The position numbers were made by a program, and so were the translations under genes. From NCBI GenBank assembly GCA_000826855.1, contig JTLS01000042.1:1-38236 (forward strand): a stretch of 38,236 bases of DNA, written 5' to 3'. This DNA comes from Basidioascus undulatus. Lineage: Eukaryota. The notes beneath the pieces were generated by a model that worked only from the letters and a program-made list of their open reading frames with translations, was not told the origin of the DNA and did not search any database. Shown one piece after another: positions 24,626 to 36,092 of the stretch (positions within the stretch are counted from its first letter, which is position 1; each line of letters opens with the position of its first letter).

Positions 24626-25198
24626 ACCCCGCTGCCCGCACCGTAACTCCAGCACACACGAGATGAGTCTGGATTACTTGGATAGTTCATGATTTGCGAA
24701 ATGACTGTCTCATCGGATTGTCCAGCTGTTTGCGTTTGCACGTCGCTTGCGAGAGCCATCCCCTCCCCGCCTTCGCGCGGCCTGCTTCACTCTCACGGAA
24801 GAACGGGACAGCGACTGCATTGTGCAATTGTAGATGGGGATTCGATGTGGGGTTTGGTACATTGACGGTTGATGCAACGTCTTGTTGTGAGGTTATGGGG
24901 TGGAAAGCGGAACAGGACCGGGGTGGAAGCGGGAGGAAGAAGCGGAAACCGATAAGGAGGCCATGACATGAAGGGGTCAAGAACCGGGGCGTGCCGTGCA
25001 GCAGTAGAAGAGAACCATGACCGCATGGAAGAACATACGGAACCTGGTTTTTATGCGGGAGTACAGAGGGAAAAGATGCAGGATGACATGCGGTGGCGTG
25101 GTGGTGGCGGTACAGCCGGTCGACGAAAGAAAAGAGAAAGAGAAAGAGCAATGAATAAATGCTGGGACTAAACGAGCGGAGAAGACAGTCGACTAGAA

Positions 25199-28100
25199 CT
25201 ACGCGGGGAGGGCGGCGATGATGCGCTCGAGCTCGACGACGACGTCCTTTGCCGTCCCGCGCGCCTTGGGCTCGTGCGCCCACATTTTCTCGACGAGGGA
25301 GACGACGTCGTTGCCCCACTGCCTGCGCAGGCCGTGTACCGACGGACGCTGCTTCTTGGCCCCGACGAGGTCGTAGATCGCGTGCCTGGACCACGGACAA
25401 CACACGCATCAGTTGAGTGGAGTCGATGAGGATGGAGAAGTAGAAGTAGGAGCAAGGAAGAGGAAGACGACGACGCACTCGTTCAGCCCCTCCCAAGGGT
25501 ACTGCTTCTTCTCCAGGTGCCACTGCATGATCTCCCAGAAGACGAGCGCGCATGCAAAGATATCGACCGAGAACGAGTACGCGGGCTTGGGCTGCCAGAG
25601 CTCGGGCGCTGTTCATTCGCCTCTCCATCATACTCAGCCTCCGTTGCCTCGCCCTCAACTCATCTCGAAGCTGGTTCAAATACGCACGCTGCCAGTTGAC
25701 CGTCCCCACAAGCGAGCGGATGACGGACCGCGTGCTCTGCTTGACCCGCGCCTGCCAGCAGATCCAGTTCAGCCCAGTCTTTTTTTTCGTTGAGCCGAAA
25801 GCCAAACACGCACCAGCCCAAAGTCATTGAGCTTCGCGCGCCCATCAGCGGTGATGAGCACGTTTGAGCTCTTGACGTCGCGGTGGATGACGGCCGCGGG
25901 TTTGCGCGTGTGGAGATACTCGAGTCCTTTCGCGATGTCGAGCATGATCGTGAGCACGTTGCGGAGCGGCGGGGCGGGGACGTTCCGGATGTAGTCAAAC
26001 AGGTCGCCGTTGCCTGAGGGAGCGAGCGAGCGAGCGAGTGAGCGGGTGGATGGGGAGTGGCAATAGTGGGTCGGGTGAGAGAGGTGGGAAAGGAAGGGGA
26101 CGAACGACACAGCTCCGAAACGATCATGCAAGGCACGCTCCCGTCCGCAGGGATCGACACGCCGATGAACTTTGCGATGCTGTCCCCCGAAACCCACCAC
26201 AATATCAGCGAACGTTCTCCTGGGACAAGCCGCGAAGCCCGTACTTTGGGTGGTTGAGCTTCGAAAGCACCTGCAGCTCTTTGATGTCCACTGCAAGACG
26301 CATCAACCCCAGCTATCAGCGTCCATCTCCGCCAGCATCCCACTCCTCTCTTCGCGCGGGACATACTCTCCGACAGATTCCCCCGAATATCGGCGATCGC
26401 GCATTCCCTCTTCTTATACGTCCCAATATAAACGCTGTCCGACCCTCCTCTCATCAGCCTCCTCCCCTCTTCTCCCCACCTCTCCCCTCAACGCGCAACG
26501 CACTCCTTGAACCCCCCACTCCCAATCTTCTCCTTCTTCACGAGCTCCTCACAAGGGATCTCCCTGCTGTCCAAGCCCAGACTCTCAAGGTCGAGCTCGA
26601 TACCCTCGTCGACGGCCGCCGCGGGGGGCGCGTGCGGCTCGGGCGTCGGCTGGCGCGTCGGGAGGGCGGAAGGGTGGTCCAGAAGCGGAGGAGCCGCTGC
26701 TGCGCCCTTCTTGCCGCGGCCGGCGCCGGCGGGCTTCTTGAACGTCCCTGGGGGAGGGGGCGTGGGCGGGCGGGCCGTGGAGGTGGAGGAGGCGGAGGTG
26801 GAGGTGCGTTCGCGCTGCGAGGGGGGGGCACGAAGATCAGTAACGCGCTTCTTCTCGTTGCAACACCAACAACACCAAGTGAGAACGAGGTGGTGGTCAA
26901 ATAAGAAGACCGGAGGGGGAGAGGGGAATGCGGGGAAGAGTGTTTGTGGGGAGGGGCGGATAGGAGAGTGGGGGAAGGGAGCGGCGAAAGAAGGGAAGGG
27001 CGGGGAAGAGATGAAGACACGACTCACATAGTCCAACAACGTCTTAACCAAATCCTCCTTGGTCCCCTGCGCCCCCAACCCGCGCGTCTCGCAGAGCTTG
27101 ACGAGCTCCGCCTTCCTATACTTGCGCAGGCTGGTGACCGTCTCGGCTTCGAGGTCGCCGTCTCCCTCCGCCATGGATACGTCGGCGTCGGCATCGGGCG
27201 CATCTGCCACCCCCAACCACATAGTCAGACCGCGAATGTGAGAACAAGAAAAGGGAGAAGAGACGCACCTTCCTCCATCGCCTCCTCCTCCCCCTCCTCT
27301 TCCACCACCACCTCCTCCTCCCCCACGGGGCGCTTCGCCAGCCGCACCCTGCGCATCTTCCTCCCCGCGCCCAGCCCCTCAAACCCGCTACTCTTCTGCG
27401 CCTCCAGCTCGCCCTCCCCCTCCTCCCCTTCCTCCTCCTCCCCTGCGCCCTCGTCATCCCCATCACTTGCCGTAACAGTGCTCTGCCGCCTCCCGCGGCG
27501 GCCCGCCTTCCTCGTCCGGCGCTTACCCCGGGGCGTGGCATCCTCCTCATCTTCCTGCACCTCCTCCATGGCATCCTCCTCCCCCTCTTCTTCCTCCGAA
27601 GACCCCGAGTCCTCCACGTCCGACGAATTCGCGATCCGCTCCAGCGCAGCCTTCTTCGCGCGGCGCGTGGCGCGTGCAGCGGTGGCGGGCGCGGCAGGCT
27701 TGCGAGTGCGGCGGGCCGCAGCCGCCGCTGCGGTGGCGGGCGGGGAGGCGGACCCTTCCGCAGAAGCGTACGCGGAGGTGCTCGCGCTCGCGGAGCCGCG
27801 GCACATGCGCGCGAGACCGGCCGCGGGGCTGGGGAGGCCGTTGGGGAAGCGGGCAGCCCTGGCCGCTGCAGCTGCGGACGAGCCGGAGCCGGAGCGCTTG
27901 GCGGCGTTTTCGGACATGCTTTTTGAGCGGCGGGCGCGAGTGTTGGGCGCGGGAGGGGAGGCGGACGGGGAAGTAAGGGCGGAGGTGGAGGCAGATCCCG
28001 GTGCGGGGGCGAGGGGAAGTAAGGGCGTGGACGTGGAAGTGGAGCGGGTCGTGACGCGCCGCCGCTTGGGGGAGGAGCCTAGGGAGGCGCCGGAGGTTTG

Positions 28101-29110
28101 GCGCCGCGGCGCGGGGGCACGGCGCGGCTGGGAGGATGTGCGGGAGGAGGAGGGCGGGGGAGGCCGCGCGGGGGAGGTGGAGGATTGTTTGGAGGTACGG
28201 GTCGTGCGCTGTCATCGATCCGCGTGTCAGCCGTGCTCCGATGCTATACGAGGCAGACAAAGAGGGAGGGGAAAGGGTGTAAGGGAAGAAGGGGAAGGGA
28301 GAAGGAGGGTGGGAGGGCGAATGAACGCACCCATTTCCAGAGCGCGTCGACGAGCATCTCCTTCGTCCAGTTCTTGCCGTCCTCCTCTTCCGACTCGAGC
28401 AACGGGTCGTCGACCCAGATCCCCGCCGCGCGGTGGACGTTGACGAGCTGGCGCTTGAGCAGGCGGTGCAGCGCCGAGCGCGTCGCGCGGTGGACGAAGA
28501 AGTCCAGCTGCTCGTCTGTCGCACCAGAGCAAAAGGGTGTGTTCAGCGCGCTGAGTGAGAGTGGGATGGACGGGAAGAAAAACGCACCATCCAAGTGGTC
28601 GTCGCCGTCCGCGTCCGAATCCCCGTCGCGCTCGTCCTCCTCCTCGTCGTCAGACTCAGTCATCTCATCCATCTCCTCCTCGTCCACGCCGTCCTCCTCG
28701 GCCGTCGTCTCCTCCTCCTCCGCGCTACTCTCGACATCGCGGCTCCTCTTCCTCTTCCCGCCCACGCTCTTCTCGCTCCCCGCCGCGCTGTCAGCCCGGC
28801 TGAACTTCCTCAGCGCAGGGGCAGGGGGGGCAGCAGGGGCGGTCTTACGCAACCCTCCCGGCCCGTGCCCAAGCGCGGGGGCCTTGGTCAGGCTGCGCGG
28901 GCCCGTCTTGATCATCGCGCCCGAGCCCGCGCGGGTCTTTGGCCGGTTGGCCGCGTCGGAGATGGGCGCCAGGGCGGGGCGGCGCGTTGTGCGCAGGGAT
29001 GGGGGCGGGGCGTGGGCGGTGGTCGGGGTGGAGGACGAGTCGGAGTCGCGGGTGTGGGTGTGGACGTGCGTACGGCTGGCTCGGCGTTGGGGCAGCGGGT
29101 GTCGCGCCAT
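25199..29110 (-). CDS. TKL-group protein kinase with long disordered N-terminus, SAP/HeH-like motifs and WNK-type lysine placement; multi-exon
   Basis: Spliced kinase domain: KIGSGGFKDVYIGTYKKRECAIADIRGNLSEMDIKELQVLSKLNHPNIAKFIG...MIVSELCRNGDLFDYI...LDIAKGLEYLH...VIHRDVKSSNVLI...KLNDFGLAR...VGTVNWQPPELW...SVDIFACALVFWEI...YPW...RP...MWAHEPKAR. ATG at 29110, TAG at 25201-25199, introns canonical. Confidence 0.92.
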
Positions 29111-29465
29111 CTAACGCGCGGGGGTGTCGGTCGCCGGCGGGCTGGGGTTAGGCGCAGGACGTCGGTCGGTGTGGATGCAACAGCTACGCGACGAGGAGCA
29201 TCACGAGCGAGTCCGAGTCGACGTGAAGCTGCCCGTTGAGAGCGACGGCGAGGGCGAGGGCGAGGTGGATGCGGGTGGAGGAAAGAGAGGAAAGGCTGAT
29301 GCGGGCGTGGATGGTGGCTGAGGTCAAAGGGAGAGAGGCAGACGAGACGTAGACAGTGGATTATACACCCACGATACGAGGCGAGGGAGGCTGAGCGCGT
29401 CCAGGTCGAGACAGCTTCGCGAACCGACTATCGGCCACGGTTGTCCGCGGACAGGACAGGCCACG

Positions 29466-29510
29466 ACGCGTCGATCGACTACGATCGACAACGATCGAGC
29501 TCCAACGCGT
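29466..29510. promoter_or_regulatory. Three CGATCGA units at 10-bp period flanked by two ACGCGT (MCB-like) hexamers, upstream of the kinase
   Basis: acgcgt(29466) cgatcgacta cgatcgacaa cgatcgagct cca acgcgt(29505), about 360-400 bp 5' of the kinase ATG. Confidence 0.4.
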
Positions 29511-30558
29511 CGGCGAGTTCGTTCGGGCTAACCGTCGCGTCTATGGATGACGTGACAAATGATAACTATCTTGGTATTAATTACAGTAACTTCATCCACA
29601 GGTTCAGCCAGACGTCGATACCAGTGAGCTGTGAGAGCCACGATGACACCCAACCCGCTTCCCAGGGTCGACGCCCATATCAGTGAAGTGATTCAAGATG
29701 GAATCGCATTCTGCTCAACTCATCCCATGTGTAATTTCACTCCCAAGCACCAGCCTCAGCCAGCGTCGGAGTCAATACACAACCGATCCGATCGTGGGCT
29801 GGATCTGGGAGAGCGTGGGCCTGCAGCGCAACCCTGAGCGGTGATTGAACGCGTTTGCAATCTAAAGTCCATCTTCCGGATAACTTCAGTGTTTGCTGCC
29901 GAAAACCCATGTACTGCAAGTCATTGACGTGAATCGTCGTGCGGGTGTCCACAGCGTACAGTACTGTCCGCCTGCCCACCGGGAGCCCACTGCTCTGTGC
30001 AGACTTCTCTACCGTATAATCAGGAACAAGGCATTATTGTATGTTTATATGCAATAATATGCGAATACCGTGAAGCCCCGGGATATGCTGCTTGTGCATA
30101 CGGGCCCTCTCCAAAGTGCCGCTCGTAGCTTACACCAACAGGATCAGGAAGAAGCTCAGAAGCATCGCCGCGGCGGCGACAACGATTGAAGAAGTGGGGG
30201 ACTTTCAAAATTATGGATGTATAGGTTGTAACACGGTATTGGCAACTTGGGATGGAGCCATAAGCTGACGGGAAGAAATAAGATGATGCTTTCTTGGATG
30301 TCGATGCGGTGTCTGCGGGCCATGAACCGCCAGCTTCACAACCTGACCGTGATAGGTGATATGCACCAAAACTCCCACTAGTTATCTATAGTGTTGTACT
30401 AATTAGGCGAAGAGGCGGTCTCCTGGGTAACGCGGATCCCAGAACAGTCCCGGCTTCGTCCCACCGCCGCTCTTAAGGTGATCGCTTCCTTCTTCCCTTC
30501 CTTCTACTCGCATTCTAGCAGTAGCTTTTCCCTAATATCCCGCAAAGTCCAGGAAAGT

Positions 30559-31330
30559 CTATCTAATCAAGTAATTCTGCCCTTGCTGTAGCGTGACGGG
30601 GCCTGCACCGTAACTAACCTGAAGCAAGGCCTCACGCTCTGCGCGCGGGACGGCCGTGTCGAGAGCAAGGCGGAGCATACTGTCTGGGAAGGGGAAGAAA
30701 GGCGCCCTTCCGCGATCGAATAAAGCCATGTAAGCGGCCGCTCGCATTTGGTCAGGTACTGCATATCCGATATCAGTGTTGCGTACAGACGCCGCGCTTC
30801 TTGGACCCTGTGGTCCTTCTCCGCCCTGTTCGAAAGGCGAAGCTTCACATCCTCCCGGTCGAGATACGTTGCCATAACTTCTCCGTCTATATTAGCGATC
30901 ACGGAACTGTAGTAGTCGAAGGACAGGCGTCCGGATACGTCCAGGAGCTTCGGCGCACAGCCGCCTGCGAGTTTTCGCATTTGATAGACCAAATCAGATT
31001 GAATCCGTAAGGCCTCTCGATGCGAGGCCGCGAAAGATTTTGACGACCCAAAGAAGTCCGTGTAGGATTGTGAAAAAACATATCTGGAGTCTCCGGAGAC
31101 GCATCGTCGAACTGGAAGAGGATCCAAGTCGAGGCGATCGGCCGAAACGCTCCGCTGCAGAAGGAGAAATCGGTCCCGATAGCGGATCATTACCAGGAAT
31201 TCGTCGCGTAGGATATCTGAAGCGAACAGTAATTTGCACTGGCTTGGTATCGATCATGGCCGCGCAGAATGGCGAGACACCGAAACCCTCCTCGATGGAA
31301 CGATTGATAGAAGAGTTTTGTTCCTCCATG
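30559..31330 (-). pseudogene. Possible degenerate kinase-like (PKL-fold) gene
   Basis: Overlapping ORFs join by frameshift: VVKIF / AASHREALRIQ..VYQMRKLAGGCAPKLL...SVIANIDGEVMATYL...LISDMQYL. This resembles beta3, alphaC, hinge and alphaE. No HxD or DFG found. Confidence 0.3.
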
Positions 31331-31708
31331 ATTCGAATAGAAGTTGAAGGGCATTTCGAACGGTCAAAAGTATACTTGAGTGGGCTCGGTAGAAAGGAGG
31401 GTGAAGATGGTCGGAATGAGAGAGGAGAAAAAGGTAAGATTTTGCCTCAGCGACCCGGGCTCGCTTATGTAAGTCTCTTGCGACGTGCGCTGTTCAACAA
31501 CGCACTCGTCTATGGGTTCTTATCCTTGAAGACAAAAGAAATGGAAAATATAATGTAGTGAGCGGCGCACTGTAACGGTTCCGACTCCGCAGTGCAAATG
31601 CAGCGTGACGTCTGTAGCCTGTCTCAGACCCGTTCCGATTGATTCGTTCCTTGCAACGATCATGCGTGCACTTTGCCTTCTGCCACCATCTCTTCTCGCC
31701 CCAGCGGA

Positions 31709-34030
31709 ATGGGGGAATCAACGACTTTCGCAATTGTCGGTGGCGGGATCAGTGGTCTCGCCTCGGCCTTCCACATTCTGAAGACGGCGAAACGCGTGGG
31801 GCGGCGGGTGAAGGTGGTGCTTTTCGAGAAGAACACGAGTGCCGGGGGTGTCTGGTGAGTACCATCTTCCTTGCAACTCTTCCACCTAGGTACTGAGGTT
31901 TTGATTCTCAGGTCTCGTGAAAGGCAAGCTATACTGCTCGATACGGCCAGCTGGCCCTCACTGGTTCCGCTGACGCGGGGTCTACAACGCAGCATCTACC
32001 CCGGTCTCATTTCTAACAACTCGTGGACTCAGATGCTTCCCGACAATGACGGGGCCTCCGAGAAGGTCTTCCAGGACGACCCAACAGCCCGAGGCGGCCC
32101 CGGCGGCTTTCGTGCGAGCGGCGAGGGCATGTTCAAAGTCATGGACAGCGTCGCGAGCCAGGTCGTTGAGCTCGGAGACGAGATTCGCTGCGCTACTCGA
32201 GTCGAATCGATCCCTCATGTGGACAAAGGAGGGTGGCTGGTTACCAGCTCTTGGCTCGCTGACGCAGTATTCGTTCGGGAGACTCGCTCCGAATCATTTG
32301 ACAAGCTCGTCGTCGCGACTGGTTCATTCTCCACTCCGGCCGTGCCGTCTTTCGCATCGCCCTACCTTCATTCTTTTCGGGAGCCGGTCACCGAATCGAG
32401 CTCTCCCCTCGTTATCCACACCTTCCAGCTGTCCGACCCAACCGTACAGGCGGCTCTTGACGCTCATCCGCGGAAGATCGTCGTCGTGGGCGCTTCCAAG
32501 TCGGCACTCGACGCGGCGGAACGGCTTGCTTTGGTGCGGTTGCTGTTGTCCCGTACGCATTGATTTTAGGATAACTTACCACAGAATATCTTTCAGAACG
32601 GCTCCCCCGTGACCTTGGTTTTGCGGAACCCGCCTTATCTCTCCCCGCCGTCTGCGAAAGACGGCAACGGCGCGCCTGCAGACGATGCCTCCGCTGTTGG
32701 AACTCGTGTACGTACAATCAGATCTGGCTCCAGGGTTTCTTTTTAACGACTTCAGACCGTAATATCTGTCATTTTTAGCTCAAGACGTCCCTCCTCCCCT
32801 ACTTTCGCGACCCTGTTTCTTCCACTCTCAGCGCCGGCGGCCTCCTCGCCTCCCTTTTCCGCTCTTTCCTGCACACCACTCGTCTCGGCAGTCATATTCA
32901 CCGCTTTCTCGTATCATCGATCACGTCTATTCTCGGGGAATGGGGCCAGTGGTCCCACCCGCGCACCGCCGCGATGAAGCCCTCTGTCGGTTTCATCTGG
33001 TCCGAAGCCTCGACTTTTTCCCAGGCCCCGCTTCGTTCCCCGCTCTCGTCCAGGCGGGGAAGATCGAGCTTATCAAAGGCGCGGTTTTTCATATGCGCAA
33101 GGCCCAGAGCCAAGCTGAAGACCAGTTCGGCGGATTTGAGCTCGATGTGCGGGTCGACGATGCCGCTGTCGATCGAACGCTCCCTGCCGATGCAGTCATT
33201 TTCGGGACGGGATGGCGCACGGGCACCTACCCCTTCTTTACATGGGAACAGTGCGAGGATCTTGGGCTCCCGCTCGAGTACACGGACAGAGTCCCGCCGC
33301 GCGAGTCGAACTTTGCCGAACTGGACGCTACGGTCTTGCGGGAGCTTGTGGAGGAGTACAGGACGCTGCGTTCACCGCCGGCTGCCTGGGCTTCACCCGC
33401 ATACAGCGCCCGTGAGCAGGGGGCCGAATCTCGAGCCAGAATTTCCCCCTACCGCCTCTATCGCCTCCTCGTACTCCTCTCACGCCTCGAGCAGCGCGAT
33501 ATCGTCTTTGCGGGTTAGTCCAGTTGCCAGCTTGCGCTTAGCATAGCCTCCGATCATCATTGTCTCTGCTCCTCTACAGGCATACCAACAAGCAAAGCGA
33601 ACCATATCGTCGCATTTGTTCAAGCTCATTGGTTAGTGCCTTTATTCAGGCCGAATACGTCCTGACGCCCGGGTACAGGCTGGCCGACTACCTTCTCGAT
33701 CTTCTTCCGACACTCTTACCCTCCCTCGATCTCGCTCGCCGAGAAGTCGGGCTACAAGTGGTATGGTCTCGGCGCCTCTTCGGTCCTGCGCATGGCAGGC
33801 TCGGGCAGTGGCTCGGCGGCGCGTGGATCGAATATTGCGGGAGGCTGTGTCACGGTGCGCTTTGACTCTTCTTCATCTGGCAGAGCGTTGGCTACGTACT
33901 AACGTACCGGTGCCTAGACATGGGTGTGCTGGAAGGAGAGCAGGGCTTGACTGGCGTTGTTACCAGTCGGACCTACAGACTTGAGGAGAAGCGGACGAAG
34001 AGGGACAGGAGGCGCGGACTGAATTTATAG
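31709..34030 (+). CDS. Flavin-containing monooxygenase (class B, FMO-like); one apparent frameshift at about 33015-33019
   Basis: FAIVGGGISGLASA (FAD GxGxxG), FEKNTSAGGVW, IYPGLISNN, FDKLVVATGSFSTP, VIH, KIVVVGASKSALD (NADPH), ADAVIFGTGW, RLYRLLV, DIVFAG, VQAHW. TAG at 34028-34030. Confidence 0.88.
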
Positions 34031-34420
34031 TGACCTTTCTTTTAATTGCACATCACTGCGCATGGGCAAGTACATCCATTTATCCGCTTGCTCTTCGATA
34101 GCTACTACACACAGAGCGCCGTCGGAAGGTCGAGAGGGAGGCTGCAACTGTACGAACGCGGTGGGCAGCCCCTCATGCGCAAAGGAAGCTGAAATATTTC
34201 AATCTAAAAAGCACTAGGCATTCATCTCCTGGCTATTTGTGGAAATCGTTAAAACAGGTCTGGAAACAGGTCATGTGGCCCAAATCATTGGGGCACGGCG
34301 GCTATCTAGCTTGACATGCCACATTGCTGTGGAAACGCCTCGCCGCGTCGTCGACGTTATCCTCCTCCCACATCCCACAACGATATCAAAGCTTTCCTCA
34401 CCATATCCGCCTCGAAATTC

Positions 34421-36092
34421 ATGCCCATTCCAGACCACCTTTCGATCGAAATATGGCACTCATCGCCGACCACTGCGAGGAGCTCGATGCGGCCTACCTC
34501 AAAGCATGGCTGGCGGTCGCCCCTGTCACCGCCGCGCGGCACATGCACGACGTCACGTTCGATCGTATCTTCCGGAAACTCAAAAACTCAATCTTTTTAT
34601 TCCACCAAGTGAGGAGCCGTCGTTAAGTTCTAAATTGACGCGCTGTCTGCGCGAGCCCGAGCTGCTTCAGGCTCTGAGGGACGTCGGTGTCAGCTGGTGG
34701 GAATTGAAGGGGAGCCCGCAGGAGGGGGGCACTGCTCATCGGAAGTCCCATTCTGTTAGTTATCATGCAAAGTTTGAGGCTACCACCTGAACTCACGGGT
34801 TTGGGGGCACAGAGCTATACGAGCTGCTTGACAAGGTCGCGCCTCTGCGCGAGTGGGCGTGGACCGGGTACGAGCTAGTGCCCTCGACTCTTTGTCTGGC
34901 TTTCAACGCCACATGCCGACGCTCCGAGGCTCGATATCTCGTAAGCAACTGTATCTGATCGTTCCCTCACTCGCCTCTAACTGTATATGTGACAGCGAGC
35001 TTTCTTTCGACAACCCTCTCGATCTCAGCTCGGCCCTGAACTGCGCTCGCTCTCACTTCACGGCGTTTCTTTCCCCGTGCCGGCTTTAGGCGCATCAAGC
35101 GTGAGCATTCAGAGCCCGTTGCTGTCGCTCACCCTAAATGGGCTGCCTAACTACAATCAAAACCGGCCCAGCACTTGCGCGACTACCTCACGGGCATCAA
35201 CCTCTCGCATCTCCGACAACTTCACAAAGCCAGCACTTCGCTCTCGCCTCGGGACTTTTCGTGTATGTTCAGTCAAAGTGCTTGCGCTCTTGTCGACCTG
35301 GCGCTCATCGATGTAGGCTCTTCGCTACCGTGGCCAATGTACTGCGCGGCCGACGCGCGTTAATGGACTTCATTTCATTCGACATCCAGTTTGATCCATC
35401 CGACCTACGCGACTTGGACGACGCCCATGTTCTCTTATCGAGGCTGGCGTGTTTCGTTGTCAAACAGCTTTCTCTACGCCACCTGACCTTCGGAGTCGCA
35501 TTCGACCATGCCCTTCCTGTTTGGAGCGGACGGCAGGGAAAAAGCGCCAAGCTGCACGATAGCCTGTTCAGCGCCGCGGCACTTCATGCGGGGCTGGAGG
35601 CGCTGCCGCACCTGGAAACGCTCCATCTCTGGTTATTCGCACTCCTGGTGCGCGCCGCCGGTTACTCCAGCCTTTGTCACGTTGTTTAGATCAACTGCGC
35701 GCGCTCGTCGTCTACTCCATACGCTCCGACGTAAACAAAGAAGCCGAAGTAGGTCATTCTCTTATCCTGCTCACCGTCGTCCCTCTTGACTGAACTTGCC
35801 CCATCTGACGACCCCCACCGCGCTAGCCAAGCAAATCCCTGCTTTCCCAGCGCTTCTTGAGTTCTCGTACAAGGTTCTGCTTCCCTCCGAACGGGAGGCG
35901 GCGCGGAAGTCCAACAGCCACGGCCTTGCGCATGCGCTCGCCGGACAGTCGCGCTCCCGCGTTGAGCGTGTCACAGTCGAAAACGAGCTGTGGGTTGCTG
36001 GACCGGCAGACGTCGACAATGCACATGGTAGCCGCCGAGCAATAGGGTTGGAAGGGAAATTGTACGAATGTTTCTGCATGATTGTGCCTTGA
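34421..36092 (+). pseudogene. F-box/LRR-like protein gene with multiple frameshifts
   Basis: F-box-like start MPIPDHLSIEIW/LIADHCEELD...MHDVTFDRIFRKL, frameshifted at about 34457. Leu-rich segments LSLRHLTFG and LEALPHLETLHLW, and C-terminal SRVERVTVE. Segments lie in changing frames. Confidence 0.55.

Noticed and set aside
26019..26045. (GAGC)n short repeat
   Set aside because: Ordinary intronic microsatellite.
1464..29110. Hippo/STRIPAK-like functional cluster (Far11 + WW protein + kinase)
   Set aside because: The kinase is TKL-like, not STE20/GCK, the WW protein has no SARAH domain, and proximity alone is weak evidence in fungi.
26038..29239. Long plus-strand ORFs (e.g. 26944-28443, 28098-29114) and similar antisense ORFs over other genes
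   Set aside because: Shadow ORFs of GC-rich, low-complexity coding sequence on the opposite strand.
6647..34030. Biosynthetic gene cluster (dioxygenase + ABC transporter + FMO)
   Set aside because: The genes are more than 10 kb apart and separated by housekeeping genes, no backbone enzyme (PKS, NRPS, terpene synthase) is present, and the ABC gene is a relic.
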